Shown here in pieces: positions 37,165 through 45,552 of a DNA stretch of 45,568 bases. The notes below the pieces were generated by a model. That model worked only from the letters and a program-made list of their open reading frames with translations, had not been told where the DNA came from and made no database searches. A program made the translations under genes and the position numbers. Source of the DNA: Pseudomonadota bacterium (GTDB taxonomy: Bacteria; Bdellovibrionota; FAC87; UBA2466). How positions within the stretch are numbered: the first letter of the stretch is position 1; each line of letters opens with the position of its first letter. The stretch is taken from NCBI GenBank assembly GCA_043767805.1, contig JAYUGC010000195.1:1-45568 (forward strand), written 5' to 3'.

Positions 37165-37961
37165 ACGGGAAAGAGCAACGGTTGGCCGCGGCGTCTAAGC
37201 GAGGCGAAACTCAGCTCGAGCAGCCCCCAACCCAAGGCCATGACCAGCACTCCGAGGGCGATCCACGCAAGCCCGGTGGTACTGGTCGCCGTCGACCAGC
37301 CCGAGCTCACCACCTGGCGAGCGGTATCCACTACCCAGGTGAACGGCGAGATAAGCCGGCTCCACGCCCTGAGCGGCTCGGGTAAAACACTGAGCGGAAA
37401 ATACGCGCCAGAGAGTATCGACGCCAAGGTGCTCACCTGAGCGAGCGCCGCGTGCCCCCGTCCCAGCCGAACGAGAGCCGCGCCCGCCGCGAGTCCAAGT
37501 CCCAGAAAAAGTGGCACCGCGCAGAGCTGAAGCGCCAAGATCTCCCCCAGGCGCCAAGCCGGAACGCTGAAACCAAATACGGCCGCGGCCACGCCCCAAG
37601 TGACGGCGAGCCGCGCGGCTTCTCGCGGCACTCCGGCCGCCGCCTGCAAACTAATCAAGGCGGGCGCGGGAAGCGGGAGCGTGAGAAACACTTCGAGAGT
37701 GCCGTCGTTTGTGCCGCTGCGAATGCCCGCGCCCACGCCTGCCCAAAGCGTCAGGGGCAGAATGAGCGCGGCTTCTCCCACTACGATGAAAGTAAAATAG
37801 TCGCCCGAGAAAGAAAGCGTCGGCCCCATGGCCCGCGAGGTAAACCAGTAGACGGCGAGCGCAGTAAAGCTCGCCCCGCATTCTCCCAGGAGCGCCCAGA
37901 GCGGCGAGCGCCCCGAATCGAGCAAGCTCTTTCGAACCAAAAGCCCCCACGCGCCGATCAC
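37161..37961 (-). CDS. ABC-2 type transporter permease
   Basis: Six TMs; DYFTF, GTLE.FL.LP, SGAYFPLSVLP, SPFTW..D..R. Confidence 0.85.
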   Translation of the reverse strand: MIGAWGLLVRKSLLDSGRSPLWALLGECGASFTALAVYWFTSRAMGPTLSFSGDYFTFIVVGEAALILPLTLWAGVGAGIRSGTNDGTLEVFLTLPLPAPALISLQAAAGVPREAARLAVTWGVAAAVFGFSVPAWRLGEILALQLCAVPLFLGLGLAAGAALVRLGRGHAALAQVSTLASILSGAYFPLSVLPEPLRAWSRLISPFTWVVDTARQVVSSGWSTATSTTGLAWIALGVLVMALGWGLLELSFASLRRRGQPLLFPV

Positions 37962-38608
37962 GCCTCACCTCCCAGGCGAAAAGTCCGGGTCGAGATGCCG
38001 TCCCAATCGGACTCGGTATGGGAAGAGAGCAAAACGGCGCTGCGCGCGCTCACCGCGCGCAAAACGACAGCGATTTCCGAGCGCGTTTCCGGATCGAGAC
38101 TGCGCGTCGGCTCGTCGAGAAAAAGCACCGCGGGACTGGCGAGCCAGGCGCGCGCGATGTGCAGGACTTGTCGCATACCCGCGGAGCTGAGGAAGTAGGG
38201 CGTGTCCAAAGCGCGCTTCAAAGTTCGCAAAGTTCCCATTTCGCCGAGGCGGCGATCCATTTCTATCCGCCCCATCCCGCGCAGAGACGCATGGAGCCTC
38301 AAATTTTCCCATCCCGTAAGGCGGGAAAAAAAACCGCCGTCGGTCGACGGCACGTAACCGATGAGCCGGCGAATGCCACTCGGGGAATCCTTCAGCGATT
38401 TACCGCTCAAACGGGCGTCTCCCTCGGAAGGGGATAGCAAAGTGGAGAGCACCTTAAGCAAGGTGGTCTTTCCCGATCCGTTCGGGCCCGCGAGCACGGC
38501 AATCTCTCCCGCGAAAACTTCCCAACCGAGATCGCGAAAGATCCAACGATCGCCGAACCGGCGGCCCAAGTTATCGAGGACTAGGAGAGGCGGCGGCATG
38601 TCCTTCAT
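37958..38608 (-). CDS. ABC transporter ATP-binding protein
   Basis: GPNGSGKTT, signature-like SSAGMRQ, LFLDEPT..LD, SSH. Confidence 0.9.
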   Translation of the reverse strand: MKDMPPPLLVLDNLGRRFGDRWIFRDLGWEVFAGEIAVLAGPNGSGKTTLLKVLSTLLSPSEGDARLSGKSLKDSPSGIRRLIGYVPSTDGGFFSRLTGWENLRLHASLRGMGRIEMDRRLGEMGTLRTLKRALDTPYFLSSAGMRQVLHIARAWLASPAVLFLDEPTRSLDPETRSEIAVVLRAVSARSAVLLSSHTESDWDGISTRTFRLGGEA

Positions 38609-39833
38609 TGTACCTCGCGCGAGCCCTTACCGGCAGGCGGAGTGCCAACGCGATGCAGATTAAAATGAAGGCGCCCCCGATCCAAAAGGGCAAGCCGATG
38701 CCAATCTCGAAGAGAAGTCCCGCCACCGAGGGGCCGACCACACGACCCAAGGCAGAGAGCGACTGCGCCACGCCGAGCGCCCCTCCCTGCTCGTCGGGAT
38801 CGACGGATTGGGACAGGAGACTCACGAGCGACGGGTTACTCAGGCCGGTGCCGACCGCGATCCAGGAAGATACGACGAGCAGTAAACCGTAGGAACCGAG
38901 CTGGCCGGTCAGAGGAATGCAAAAGAGTCCCACCGACACTAACGTAAGCCCAATCTTCAGTAACCGTCCTTCGCCGAACCGGCGAGCGAGCCTGCCAATG
39001 AGACCTCCTTGCACCACGATGGCGGTGATACCGACGACGATAAGCACATAGGAGGTGAGCATGGCGGCGTGGCGCAGTGACTCGCGGGTGGGCGCGACTC
39101 CCGGAACGCGCGCCCAGACATAACCAACGAAGAGACCCAAATCTTGCTCCATGAGCGAGAACGCGGACGTAAACACGAACCCTATGGCGAGCAGCGTTCC
39201 GACGTTCGGATGGCGCGCGACGTGGCGAAGAGCGGCCCAGGAAAGCGTCCCGCGGTGCGGGGCGCTCTTCCCCCGTCTCTCGACGGGATAGGTTTCCGGA
39301 AGCAGAAAGCAGGCGGCGACCCAGTTCACCGCGGCAAGACCCGCGGCGATGAGCGCAGGCGCCGCCAAACCAAAACGAGAGAAGTAACCGCCAATGGCGG
39401 GGCCTAGCGTAAACCCCAGACCGAAGGCCGCGCCGATGACGCCCATGCCTTTGGCGCGGCTAGAGGCATCAGTGGAATCGGCGATGATGGCCTGCGCGGT
39501 ACCGATGTTCGCGCCGCCAACGCCCGAGAGCATGCGCGCCAAAAAGAGAATGGCGAGAGATCCGGAGAGCCCGAAGAGCGCGTAGCCGACCGCCGTGATG
39601 GCGATGCTGACCAAGATCACCGGCCGGCGCCCGATGCTATCGGAAAGCCGCCCCCAGAAAGGCGCGAAGAGAAATTGCATGAGCGAATAGGACGCGCCCA
39701 GCAGCGTAATGACCGTGGGGCTCGCCCCCAAAGTCTCGGCATAAAACGGCTGGACCGGAATGATGATCCCGAAGCCGAGAAGATCCATGAAGATGGTGAG
39801 AAAAACGACGCCGAGAATCTTCTTTTGAGTCAT
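38571..39833 (-). CDS. MFS efflux transporter (TetA/DHA1 family)
   Basis: DLLGFGIIIP, GRLSDSIGRRP (motif A), GAAFGLGFTLGPAIGG (motif C); 12 TMs. Confidence 0.92.
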   Translation of the reverse strand: MTQKKILGVVFLTIFMDLLGFGIIIPVQPFYAETLGASPTVITLLGASYSLMQFLFAPFWGRLSDSIGRRPVILVSIAITAVGYALFGLSGSLAILFLARMLSGVGGANIGTAQAIIADSTDASSRAKGMGVIGAAFGLGFTLGPAIGGYFSRFGLAAPALIAAGLAAVNWVAACFLLPETYPVERRGKSAPHRGTLSWAALRHVARHPNVGTLLAIGFVFTSAFSLMEQDLGLFVGYVWARVPGVAPTRESLRHAAMLTSYVLIVVGITAIVVQGGLIGRLARRFGEGRLLKIGLTLVSVGLFCIPLTGQLGSYGLLLVVSSWIAVGTGLSNPSLVSLLSQSVDPDEQGGALGVAQSLSALGRVVGPSVAGLLFEIGIGLPFWIGGAFILICIALALRLPVRARARYNEGHAAASPSPR

Positions 39834-40166
39834 CTACGCTCTTTCCACGACGCCGCCCGCCGCTGTCACGACCAAGGTGTGAGTGGGCTCCACTCTTTCG
39901 ACGAAAACCACTTCGCCCGCTTTCAGATCGCGCCCGGCTTCATTGCGAGCCGACCAGACGGTGCCGCGGTAGGAAACGCATCCCGTCAGACCGAGCCGGA
40001 TGTCCTCGGTCAGCACAAGCCTCTCGCGCTTACTGGGTGGCGGCAAGGCCGTATCCGACGATTCGACGGCTTCCTCCATCTGCCGTCGCATCAGCCAAGC
40101 AACTAAAGCGCACGCCGCGAGAGCAAGTAGGGCCCAAAACACACGCCGGTACAGAGCATTTTCCAT
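39834..40166 (-). CDS. NfeD-like C-terminal OB-fold membrane protein
   Basis: N-terminal TM then G.V.YRGTVWSA.......GE.V.V..V....LVV; start moved to ATG 40166. Confidence 0.75.
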   Translation of the reverse strand: MENALYRRVFWALLALAACALVAWLMRRQMEEAVESSDTALPPPSKRERLVLTEDIRLGLTGCVSYRGTVWSARNEAGRDLKAGEVVFVERVEPTHTLVVTAAGGVVERA

Positions 40167-40372
40167 GCCCGATGAGTGTAACCTCGTATACCGACGGAAA
40201 ACAGGCGCGGGCCAGCATCTTTGGGGCGACATTCCCGCCGCCTGACGGCACTTGGGCTGTCCAAGAGACAGGCCCCCAAGCTACCCGGGATCCTTCGAGA
40301 AAATGCGATTCCGTACAGGTATCAGTCGGGATCGCCATGGAATACGAAGCCCGCTTCGTGAGGCGGCGGGTG

Positions 40373-40388
40373 GGGCATTACTCTTGCA
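40373..40388 (+). promoter_or_regulatory. Sigma54 (-24/-12) promoter candidate for the DUF4214 gene
   Basis: GGGCATTACTCTTGCA, exact GG-N10-GC; GGAG RBS and ATG 40443 follow. Confidence 0.55.
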
Positions 40389-40442
40389 ATTTGACCCGCG
40401 CGAAGGCCCGGGGACTCTCTGTCCCTGGTTATTGGAGTACGT

Positions 40443-41180
40443 ATGTCAGGCGTTGTTATCTCGTTGGATTTTCCCTCGCCCGAGCCGCGGCCGGCTCAGT
40501 CCATGGCCGATCATTTACGGCCAGCCCTAGAAAAATTTGTGAGCAGCCTGTACCGGGATGTTTTGGCTCGCGACGTGACTCAAACCGAAGCCCAGGACTG
40601 GGTGGATCAAATTCTCTCGGGCACCAGCCGCAATACCGTCGCGATGTGCGTCTTGAACTCCGAAGAGCGCCGCCGCCGGATAGTGCGCCAGTATTATCAG
40701 CGCTTTCTCGAGCGCGAGCCAAACGCGGAAGGCCTCGCCTTCTGGACTGAGTTTCTCGCCGCCGGCAAAACGCACGAGGAGCTAATCGGCGCCATGCTGA
40801 GTTCCGACGAGCACCTGAGCAATCACAAACACAGCAACGAGTCTTTTCTCCGTTCTCTTTTTACTCAGCTCTATAATCGTAAGCCGAACGCGGCGGAAAT
40901 GGCTTCCTGGATGGGTCTACTCAGCTCGGGCAGCGCGAGCCATGAAGACGTGGCCCACAGTTTCGTCACGAGCCGCGAGTTCCGTCAGGCGACGCTCCGG
41001 CGCTGGTATCTCGAAATTTTGCGTCACGAGCCCGATGGCGAAGGCCTCACGTACTGGCTCGATCAGATGCACCAAAACCTTCCGTTCGAGAAAATACTCG
41101 CGGGCCTCATTTCCAATAACGAGTATTTCAGTCAAGCGTTGCTGACTGACGGCTTTCCTAGTGGCCGCCCGGTTTCCTGA
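40443..41180 (+). CDS. DUF4214-type helical repeat protein
   Basis: Four repeats of (F/I)V..LY...L.R.P...G...W...L..G.....V....S.E. Confidence 0.85.
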   Translation: MSGVVISLDFPSPEPRPAQSMADHLRPALEKFVSSLYRDVLARDVTQTEAQDWVDQILSGTSRNTVAMCVLNSEERRRRIVRQYYQRFLEREPNAEGLAFWTEFLAAGKTHEELIGAMLSSDEHLSNHKHSNESFLRSLFTQLYNRKPNAAEMASWMGLLSSGSASHEDVAHSFVTSREFRQATLRRWYLEILRHEPDGEGLTYWLDQMHQNLPFEKILAGLISNNEYFSQALLTDGFPSGRPVS

Positions 41181-41970
41181 ACGGAAAAAGAAGTAACGTG
41201 CCCCATACTCCGGTCTTATCGGGGTGAGTGGCGCGCAGATTTTCCACCAAGCTTCGCGTTTGCAGCCGATACGCCTGATAGCCGTGTCTGAGACAAAGGC
41301 GGGAGATGGCGCTGTCCTCGTCGGGCGTGTGAGACTCGATCCAAACCAACGGCCTCTTAGACGTCAGGCATTTTTCCATGCCTTCCAAAGCGAGCACGCC
41401 GCCTCCCTCGATATCCATTTTGATGAAGTCCGGATAACCCCTATCCGCGAAGAACCCGTCCAGCGTTTCCGTCGGCACGATGAGTTTTTCCGTGGGCGGC
41501 CCCCCATCGCTGGCCCATCCGGGTAGCAAGGAAGAAGCATGGTGGTGATGCCCTAAAAAGAAATCGATCTCTCCTTTGCGATCCGAACAGGCGAGCTCCG
41601 CGATTTCGACCGAGTCGATATGGTTAAGCTCGAGATTCTTGCGCAGAATCCCCACGGCGTAAGGGGCCGGTTCGAAGGCATAGACGCGGGTGCCCCGCCG
41701 AGCCGCCCAAAGCGAGAAAAGCCCGATGTTCGCTCCCACGTCGGCGACGACCATGCCTTCTCGGACGAAATCTTTCAGATAATCGAACGCCTCCAGGTCC
41801 CAGAGCCCAAGTACCGCATGGTAATTGATCGCGCGATCGTAGTGGAGACGAAGGCCTTTCAAAGGGCCGAAAGGAATGCGGTAGGCCTCCCCTTCCTTAT
41901 AAAGCAACGCGAGCACACGCCGTGCCACGGAAGAGTTGAACTGGGCATAGCGAAAAGAAGAGAAGCTCAA
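41158..41970 (-). CDS. FkbM family methyltransferase
   Basis: ADVGANIG, YAFEP, TLDGFF, FIKMDIEG, IESH; probable TTG start overlapping the queG stop (TTGA). Confidence 0.88.
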   Translation of the reverse strand: MSFSSFRYAQFNSSVARRVLALLYKEGEAYRIPFGPLKGLRLHYDRAINYHAVLGLWDLEAFDYLKDFVREGMVVADVGANIGLFSLWAARRGTRVYAFEPAPYAVGILRKNLELNHIDSVEIAELACSDRKGEIDFFLGHHHHASSLLPGWASDGGPPTEKLIVPTETLDGFFADRGYPDFIKMDIEGGGVLALEGMEKCLTSKRPLVWIESHTPDEDSAISRLCLRHGYQAYRLQTRSLVENLRATHPDKTGVWGTLLLFPFRKPGGH

Positions 41971-43010
41971 ACCGATTGCATTGTACTCTCGCGGCGGCGG
42001 ATGGTCGCGACAGTTTCTAGGAGCGTCGTGTCGGTCTCGTTTTGGAGAGCATCGAGCACAGCCGGAAGCGAGGCATCTTGAATCACGTGCAGCGCTATCA
42101 ACGCGTTTCTGCGTAAGCCTTCTCGCCTTGCGCGGGTCATGGCCGAGCCGCCGAACCAAATCACATACTCTTCCTGGGACATCAAAGCGATTTGGCTCAA
42201 GGGAGGCAGCTGACGGGTTCCCAAGTCCTTGGGCAACGACCAGCCCCGCGCCTTGCGATTGTAAGGACAAACAATCTGGCAGAGGTCGCAACCGAACCAA
42301 TACTTTTCAAAATGCGGCCAATAGATTTCCGGAACCGTTCCCCGGTGCTCGATGGTCCAATAAGCGAGGCACTTTTCCGCATCGATCGAATAATCTTTCG
42401 CCAGCGCGCCGGTGGGGCAATGGACTTGGCAAAGATCGCACGTCCCACAGCCGCCTTCCGCATCCCGCACCTGCGGGTCTTTCGGTTCCCGCGCCAAAAG
42501 CGGGAGCGAGGCCGTGGTGAGAATTTCGCCCAGGAGCAAAAAACTGCCGCGTTTCGGATCGATGAAGCAGGTGTTCTTGCCAATGAAACCCGATGGCGTC
42601 CGCGCGGCGAGCGCGCGCTCCAGTACCGGCGCAGAATCAGTCGTCACTCTAAATTGAGCCCCCGGGGCGAGCTCCCGCTCGGCGGCTTGCGCGATCCGCC
42701 CGCCTTTTTCCCAAATCACTTTGTGGTAATCGCGAAAGCGGGCGTACTGGGCGACCCTTGGCGGGTGAGACTCTTCCCAAGCGTCCCCTTGATCGTACGG
42801 AAGCGCGAAGAGAATGGCCGCCTTCGCTCCTTCCAATAAGCGCGCCGGCTCCCGGCGAAGCTCGCGGTAGCGTTCCAGAAACTCGAGACCCGCGTGCCGG
42901 CCCTCTTCCAGCCAAGCCTCATAACGCGCGAAATCCTCGCCCACTTCGAGCGGCACGACGCCTAAGAGCTTTAGCCCCTCGGCCTCAATGATTTCATTCA
43001 GTCTTTCCAC
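41967..43010 (-). CDS. queG: Epoxyqueuosine reductase
   Basis: YAR..DYH, DSAPVLERALA, GFIGKN, GSFLLLGE, CGTCDLCQVHCPTGA, CLAYWTIE, FGCDLCQIVCPYN, LRRNA. Confidence 0.95.
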   Translation of the reverse strand: MERLNEIIEAEGLKLLGVVPLEVGEDFARYEAWLEEGRHAGLEFLERYRELRREPARLLEGAKAAILFALPYDQGDAWEESHPPRVAQYARFRDYHKVIWEKGGRIAQAAERELAPGAQFRVTTDSAPVLERALAARTPSGFIGKNTCFIDPKRGSFLLLGEILTTASLPLLAREPKDPQVRDAEGGCGTCDLCQVHCPTGALAKDYSIDAEKCLAYWTIEHRGTVPEIYWPHFEKYWFGCDLCQIVCPYNRKARGWSLPKDLGTRQLPPLSQIALMSQEEYVIWFGGSAMTRARREGLRRNALIALHVIQDASLPAVLDALQNETDTTLLETVATIRRRESTMQSV

Positions 43011-43054
43011 GGGCCTCTCTTACCACAAGAGGCGCAGTTTGGTAGGGTTAGGGT

Positions 43055-43921
43055 ATGCTGAAAATCGGGTTCTCCGCCTGCTTCTTCCACGCCGATCACC
43101 AGAGGCTTCTCTTCAAGGGAAAGACCCTCATTTATATGGAAGAGTCCATGGTGCAGTGGGTGCAGCAGTCGGGCGCTTTGCCGGTACTGATCCCCCGCGT
43201 CGGCAAAGACTCCCCCATGGACGTCCGAAAGATCGTGGCGGAGCTCGATGGCCTGCTCCTCCAGGGAGGCGACGACGTCTCTCCGCTCAATTACGGTGAA
43301 GAACCCTTGCAGCCGAAATGGGCCGGGGACGCCGTGCGGGACGAGTACGAAATGATTTTGATCCGGGAGTTTCTACGGCAGAAGAAGCCCATCTTGGGGA
43401 TCTGCCGGGGCGCTCAGATTTTGAACGTCACCATGGGAGGTTCTCTCTACCAGGATATCCCGACGCAGATTCCTGGCTCTCTCGTCCACCGGAACTGGGA
43501 CATCTATGACGACAACCTCCACTCGGTTCGCATCGCCGAGGGAAGCGTTCTCGCCAAACTTCTGCCAGGCGACCACGTGGTAACCACCACCACCGTGCAC
43601 CATCAGGCCATAAAGGAAATCGCGGCCGACATGATCGTCGAAGCGGTGAGCGAGGCGGACGGCGTCGTCGAAGCGATCCGTTACGTGAAAGCGCCCTTCG
43701 TTCTAGCGCTGCAATGGCACCCAGAGTTCCGCCAGGAACGGGAAAACATCGTGGATTGCCGGCCCGTGCTGGAAGCGTTCCTTAAGGCTGCTCGTCTTCG
43801 TTCTGGAGGAAGCAGTAGCAAGCAAGCCGTTCGTAAAAGTCCGAAGGGTCGCAAAGCTTCGGGTCCACTTCCCAAGCGGCTTTCCGGTAAGGGCAAGAGC
43901 TCACGCACTCGCCCGCGCTAG
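43055..43921 (+). CDS. Gamma-glutamyl-gamma-aminobutyrate hydrolase family (peptidase C26, PuuD-like)
   Basis: DGLLLQGGDDV, RDEYE, LGICRGAQ, HHQA, QWHPE; extra basic C-terminal tail. Confidence 0.92.
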   Translation: MLKIGFSACFFHADHQRLLFKGKTLIYMEESMVQWVQQSGALPVLIPRVGKDSPMDVRKIVAELDGLLLQGGDDVSPLNYGEEPLQPKWAGDAVRDEYEMILIREFLRQKKPILGICRGAQILNVTMGGSLYQDIPTQIPGSLVHRNWDIYDDNLHSVRIAEGSVLAKLLPGDHVVTTTTVHHQAIKEIAADMIVEAVSEADGVVEAIRYVKAPFVLALQWHPEFRQERENIVDCRPVLEAFLKAARLRSGGSSSKQAVRKSPKGRKASGPLPKRLSGKGKSSRTRPR

Positions 43922-44030
43922 GACGGCAACCGACGTATTCTTTTCTCGTGCCACGGAAAGCGCTTTCTTCGGCGAGAGCGCCGAAGGACAAAAGACCAGC
44001 CAAGACCAAAGTCGCTAAACGAATTGTCAT
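43782..44030 (-). CDS. Small secreted 6-Cys peptide (defensin-like Cys spacing)
   Basis: Signal peptide MTIRLATLVLAGLLSFGALA; C-x6-C-x3-C-x13-C-x10-C-x-C; same strand as, and 32 nt downstream of, the ALDH. Confidence 0.7.
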   Translation of the reverse strand: MTIRLATLVLAGLLSFGALAEESAFRGTRKEYVGCRPSAGECVSSCPYRKAAWEVDPKLCDPSDFYERLACYCFLQNEDEQP

Positions 44031-44062
44031 GAGCGAAAAATAACGCCAGAAGTTCGTTCCGA

Positions 44063-45430
44063 CTAGCCCAAAATTTTACGCAGCCACCTCAGCCGGTCGC
44101 CGTAGGGCGGATACCGCAGGCTCGGATCGAGGGAGAAAGAACGATGCAGCACTCCCTTTTGATGGGAGAACGTGTCGAAACTAAATTTTCCGTGATAAGC
44201 GCCGAGCCCGCTTGGGCCGACGCCGCCGAAGGGCAGATTCGGGTTACTCAAGTGGATGAGCGTGTCGTTGATGCAGCCTCCCCCGAAAGAGGTCGTCTCG
44301 AGCACTTTTTTTTCCCGCTGCGCATTTTTCGAAAAGAAATAGAGGGCGAGCGGTCTGGGCCGCGCATTCACGAACTCGATGGCTTCGTCGAGCTTGCGGT
44401 AAGTGAGAATCGGCAGGATGGGCCCGAAGATCTCATCGGCCATCACTCGGTGCTCGGCCTTCGCGTCGGCGATGACTGTCGGAGCGAGATAAAGCTCGTC
44501 TCGTTTTGTCTCACCGCCGATGACGGCCGGCGCTTCGCCGAGCAACCCCGAAAGCCGGTCGAAGTGCCGCGTATTGATGATGCGGGCGTAATCGGGGCTG
44601 TGGCTCGGATCGCTGCCGAAAAAAGATTTCACCGAAGCTCGGATGCCTTCCACCACCCGGGCTTTCTCGTTCTCGGGAACGAGCAGGTAATCGGGAGCGA
44701 CGCAGGTTTGCCCGGCGTTGAAAAACTTACCCCAGGTCACGCGTCTCAGGGTCGTTTCCCAATCCGTCTCTTCATCGAGGATGCAGGGACTCTTTCCGCC
44801 GAGCTCTAAAGTGATCGGGGTGAGATGCTTGGCGGCGGCCGCCATGACGACCTTTCCAATCTGGGTTCCGCCGGTAAAGAAAATATGATCGAAGGGAATG
44901 TCGAGCAGCGCCTGGGACGCTTCCACCCCGCCTTCGACGACAGCGACGAGCTGCGGGTCGAAATGCTGTTTGAACATTTTGCCGAGTAAAGCCGAGGTAT
45001 GGGGCGCGAGCTCGGAAGGTTTCAAGACGGCTGTGTTACCCGCGGCGAGGGCTCCAATGAGCGGCGCGACCACGAGCTGAAAGGGATAATTCCAAGGCCC
45101 GAGGACAAGAACCACTCCCTTGGGCTCGCTATAAATACGGCTCCGGCTAAACGCCGTGAGCAAAGGAGAACCGACTCTTCTGGGCTTCGCCCACCGTTCA
45201 AGATGACGAAGGGTGTGGGCAATCTCGTCGTAAAGAAAGGAGACTTCACCGAGAAAGGCCTCGAGCCCGGGCTTTCGCATGTCCTGCTTGAGCGCTTCGA
45301 GGATCTCGTTCTCATGCCGCCCGAGAATGGCGCGCAAATGCCGGAGCGCTTGGCGTCTCGCAAAGAGCTCCCGCGTTGCCCCCGACTTAAAAAACCGCCG
45401 CTGCCCGTCGACAATCCCCGTCACATCCAT
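44063..45430 (-). CDS. Aldehyde dehydrogenase (ALDH3/YwdH-like)
   Basis: PWNYP, KPSE, FTGGT, LELGGKSP, FNAGQTCVAPDY, EIFGP, PFGGVG.SG. Confidence 0.95.
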   Translation of the reverse strand: MDVTGIVDGQRRFFKSGATRELFARRQALRHLRAILGRHENEILEALKQDMRKPGLEAFLGEVSFLYDEIAHTLRHLERWAKPRRVGSPLLTAFSRSRIYSEPKGVVLVLGPWNYPFQLVVAPLIGALAAGNTAVLKPSELAPHTSALLGKMFKQHFDPQLVAVVEGGVEASQALLDIPFDHIFFTGGTQIGKVVMAAAAKHLTPITLELGGKSPCILDEETDWETTLRRVTWGKFFNAGQTCVAPDYLLVPENEKARVVEGIRASVKSFFGSDPSHSPDYARIINTRHFDRLSGLLGEAPAVIGGETKRDELYLAPTVIADAKAEHRVMADEIFGPILPILTYRKLDEAIEFVNARPRPLALYFFSKNAQREKKVLETTSFGGGCINDTLIHLSNPNLPFGGVGPSGLGAYHGKFSFDTFSHQKGVLHRSFSLDPSLRYPPYGDRLRWLRKILG

Positions 45431-45450
45431 CCCGCGATCATAAGGCGCTT

Positions 45451-45552
45451 AGGCACTTTTTGGTACCAAAAGGGGTCAAGCTACTTTTGGTGCTAAAAGG
45501 TGTGTGGATACTTTTAGCCAAAGCCTTGGCTAAAAGTATCCACACACCTTTT
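45451..45552. repeat. Cluster of 21-nt AAAAG...CTTTT units including a perfect 27-bp inverted repeat
   Basis: Units at 45468-45488, 45495-45515 and 45532-45552 (third is the reverse complement of the second); arms 45495-45521 and 45526-45552 with an AGCC loop. Confidence 0.9.

Noticed and set aside
41971..42300. N-terminal extension of the FkbM ORF given in the ORF track (likewise extensions of waaA, ECF and rpmB)
   Set aside because: These overlap neighbouring genes or promoters and lack family similarity; starts were trimmed.
45495..45552. Protelomerase telRL site, oriC DnaA boxes (GTATCCACA) or CRISPR repeat
   Set aside because: The centre is not palindromic; only two 8/9 DnaA-like boxes arising from the inverted repeat; no unique spacers or cas genes.
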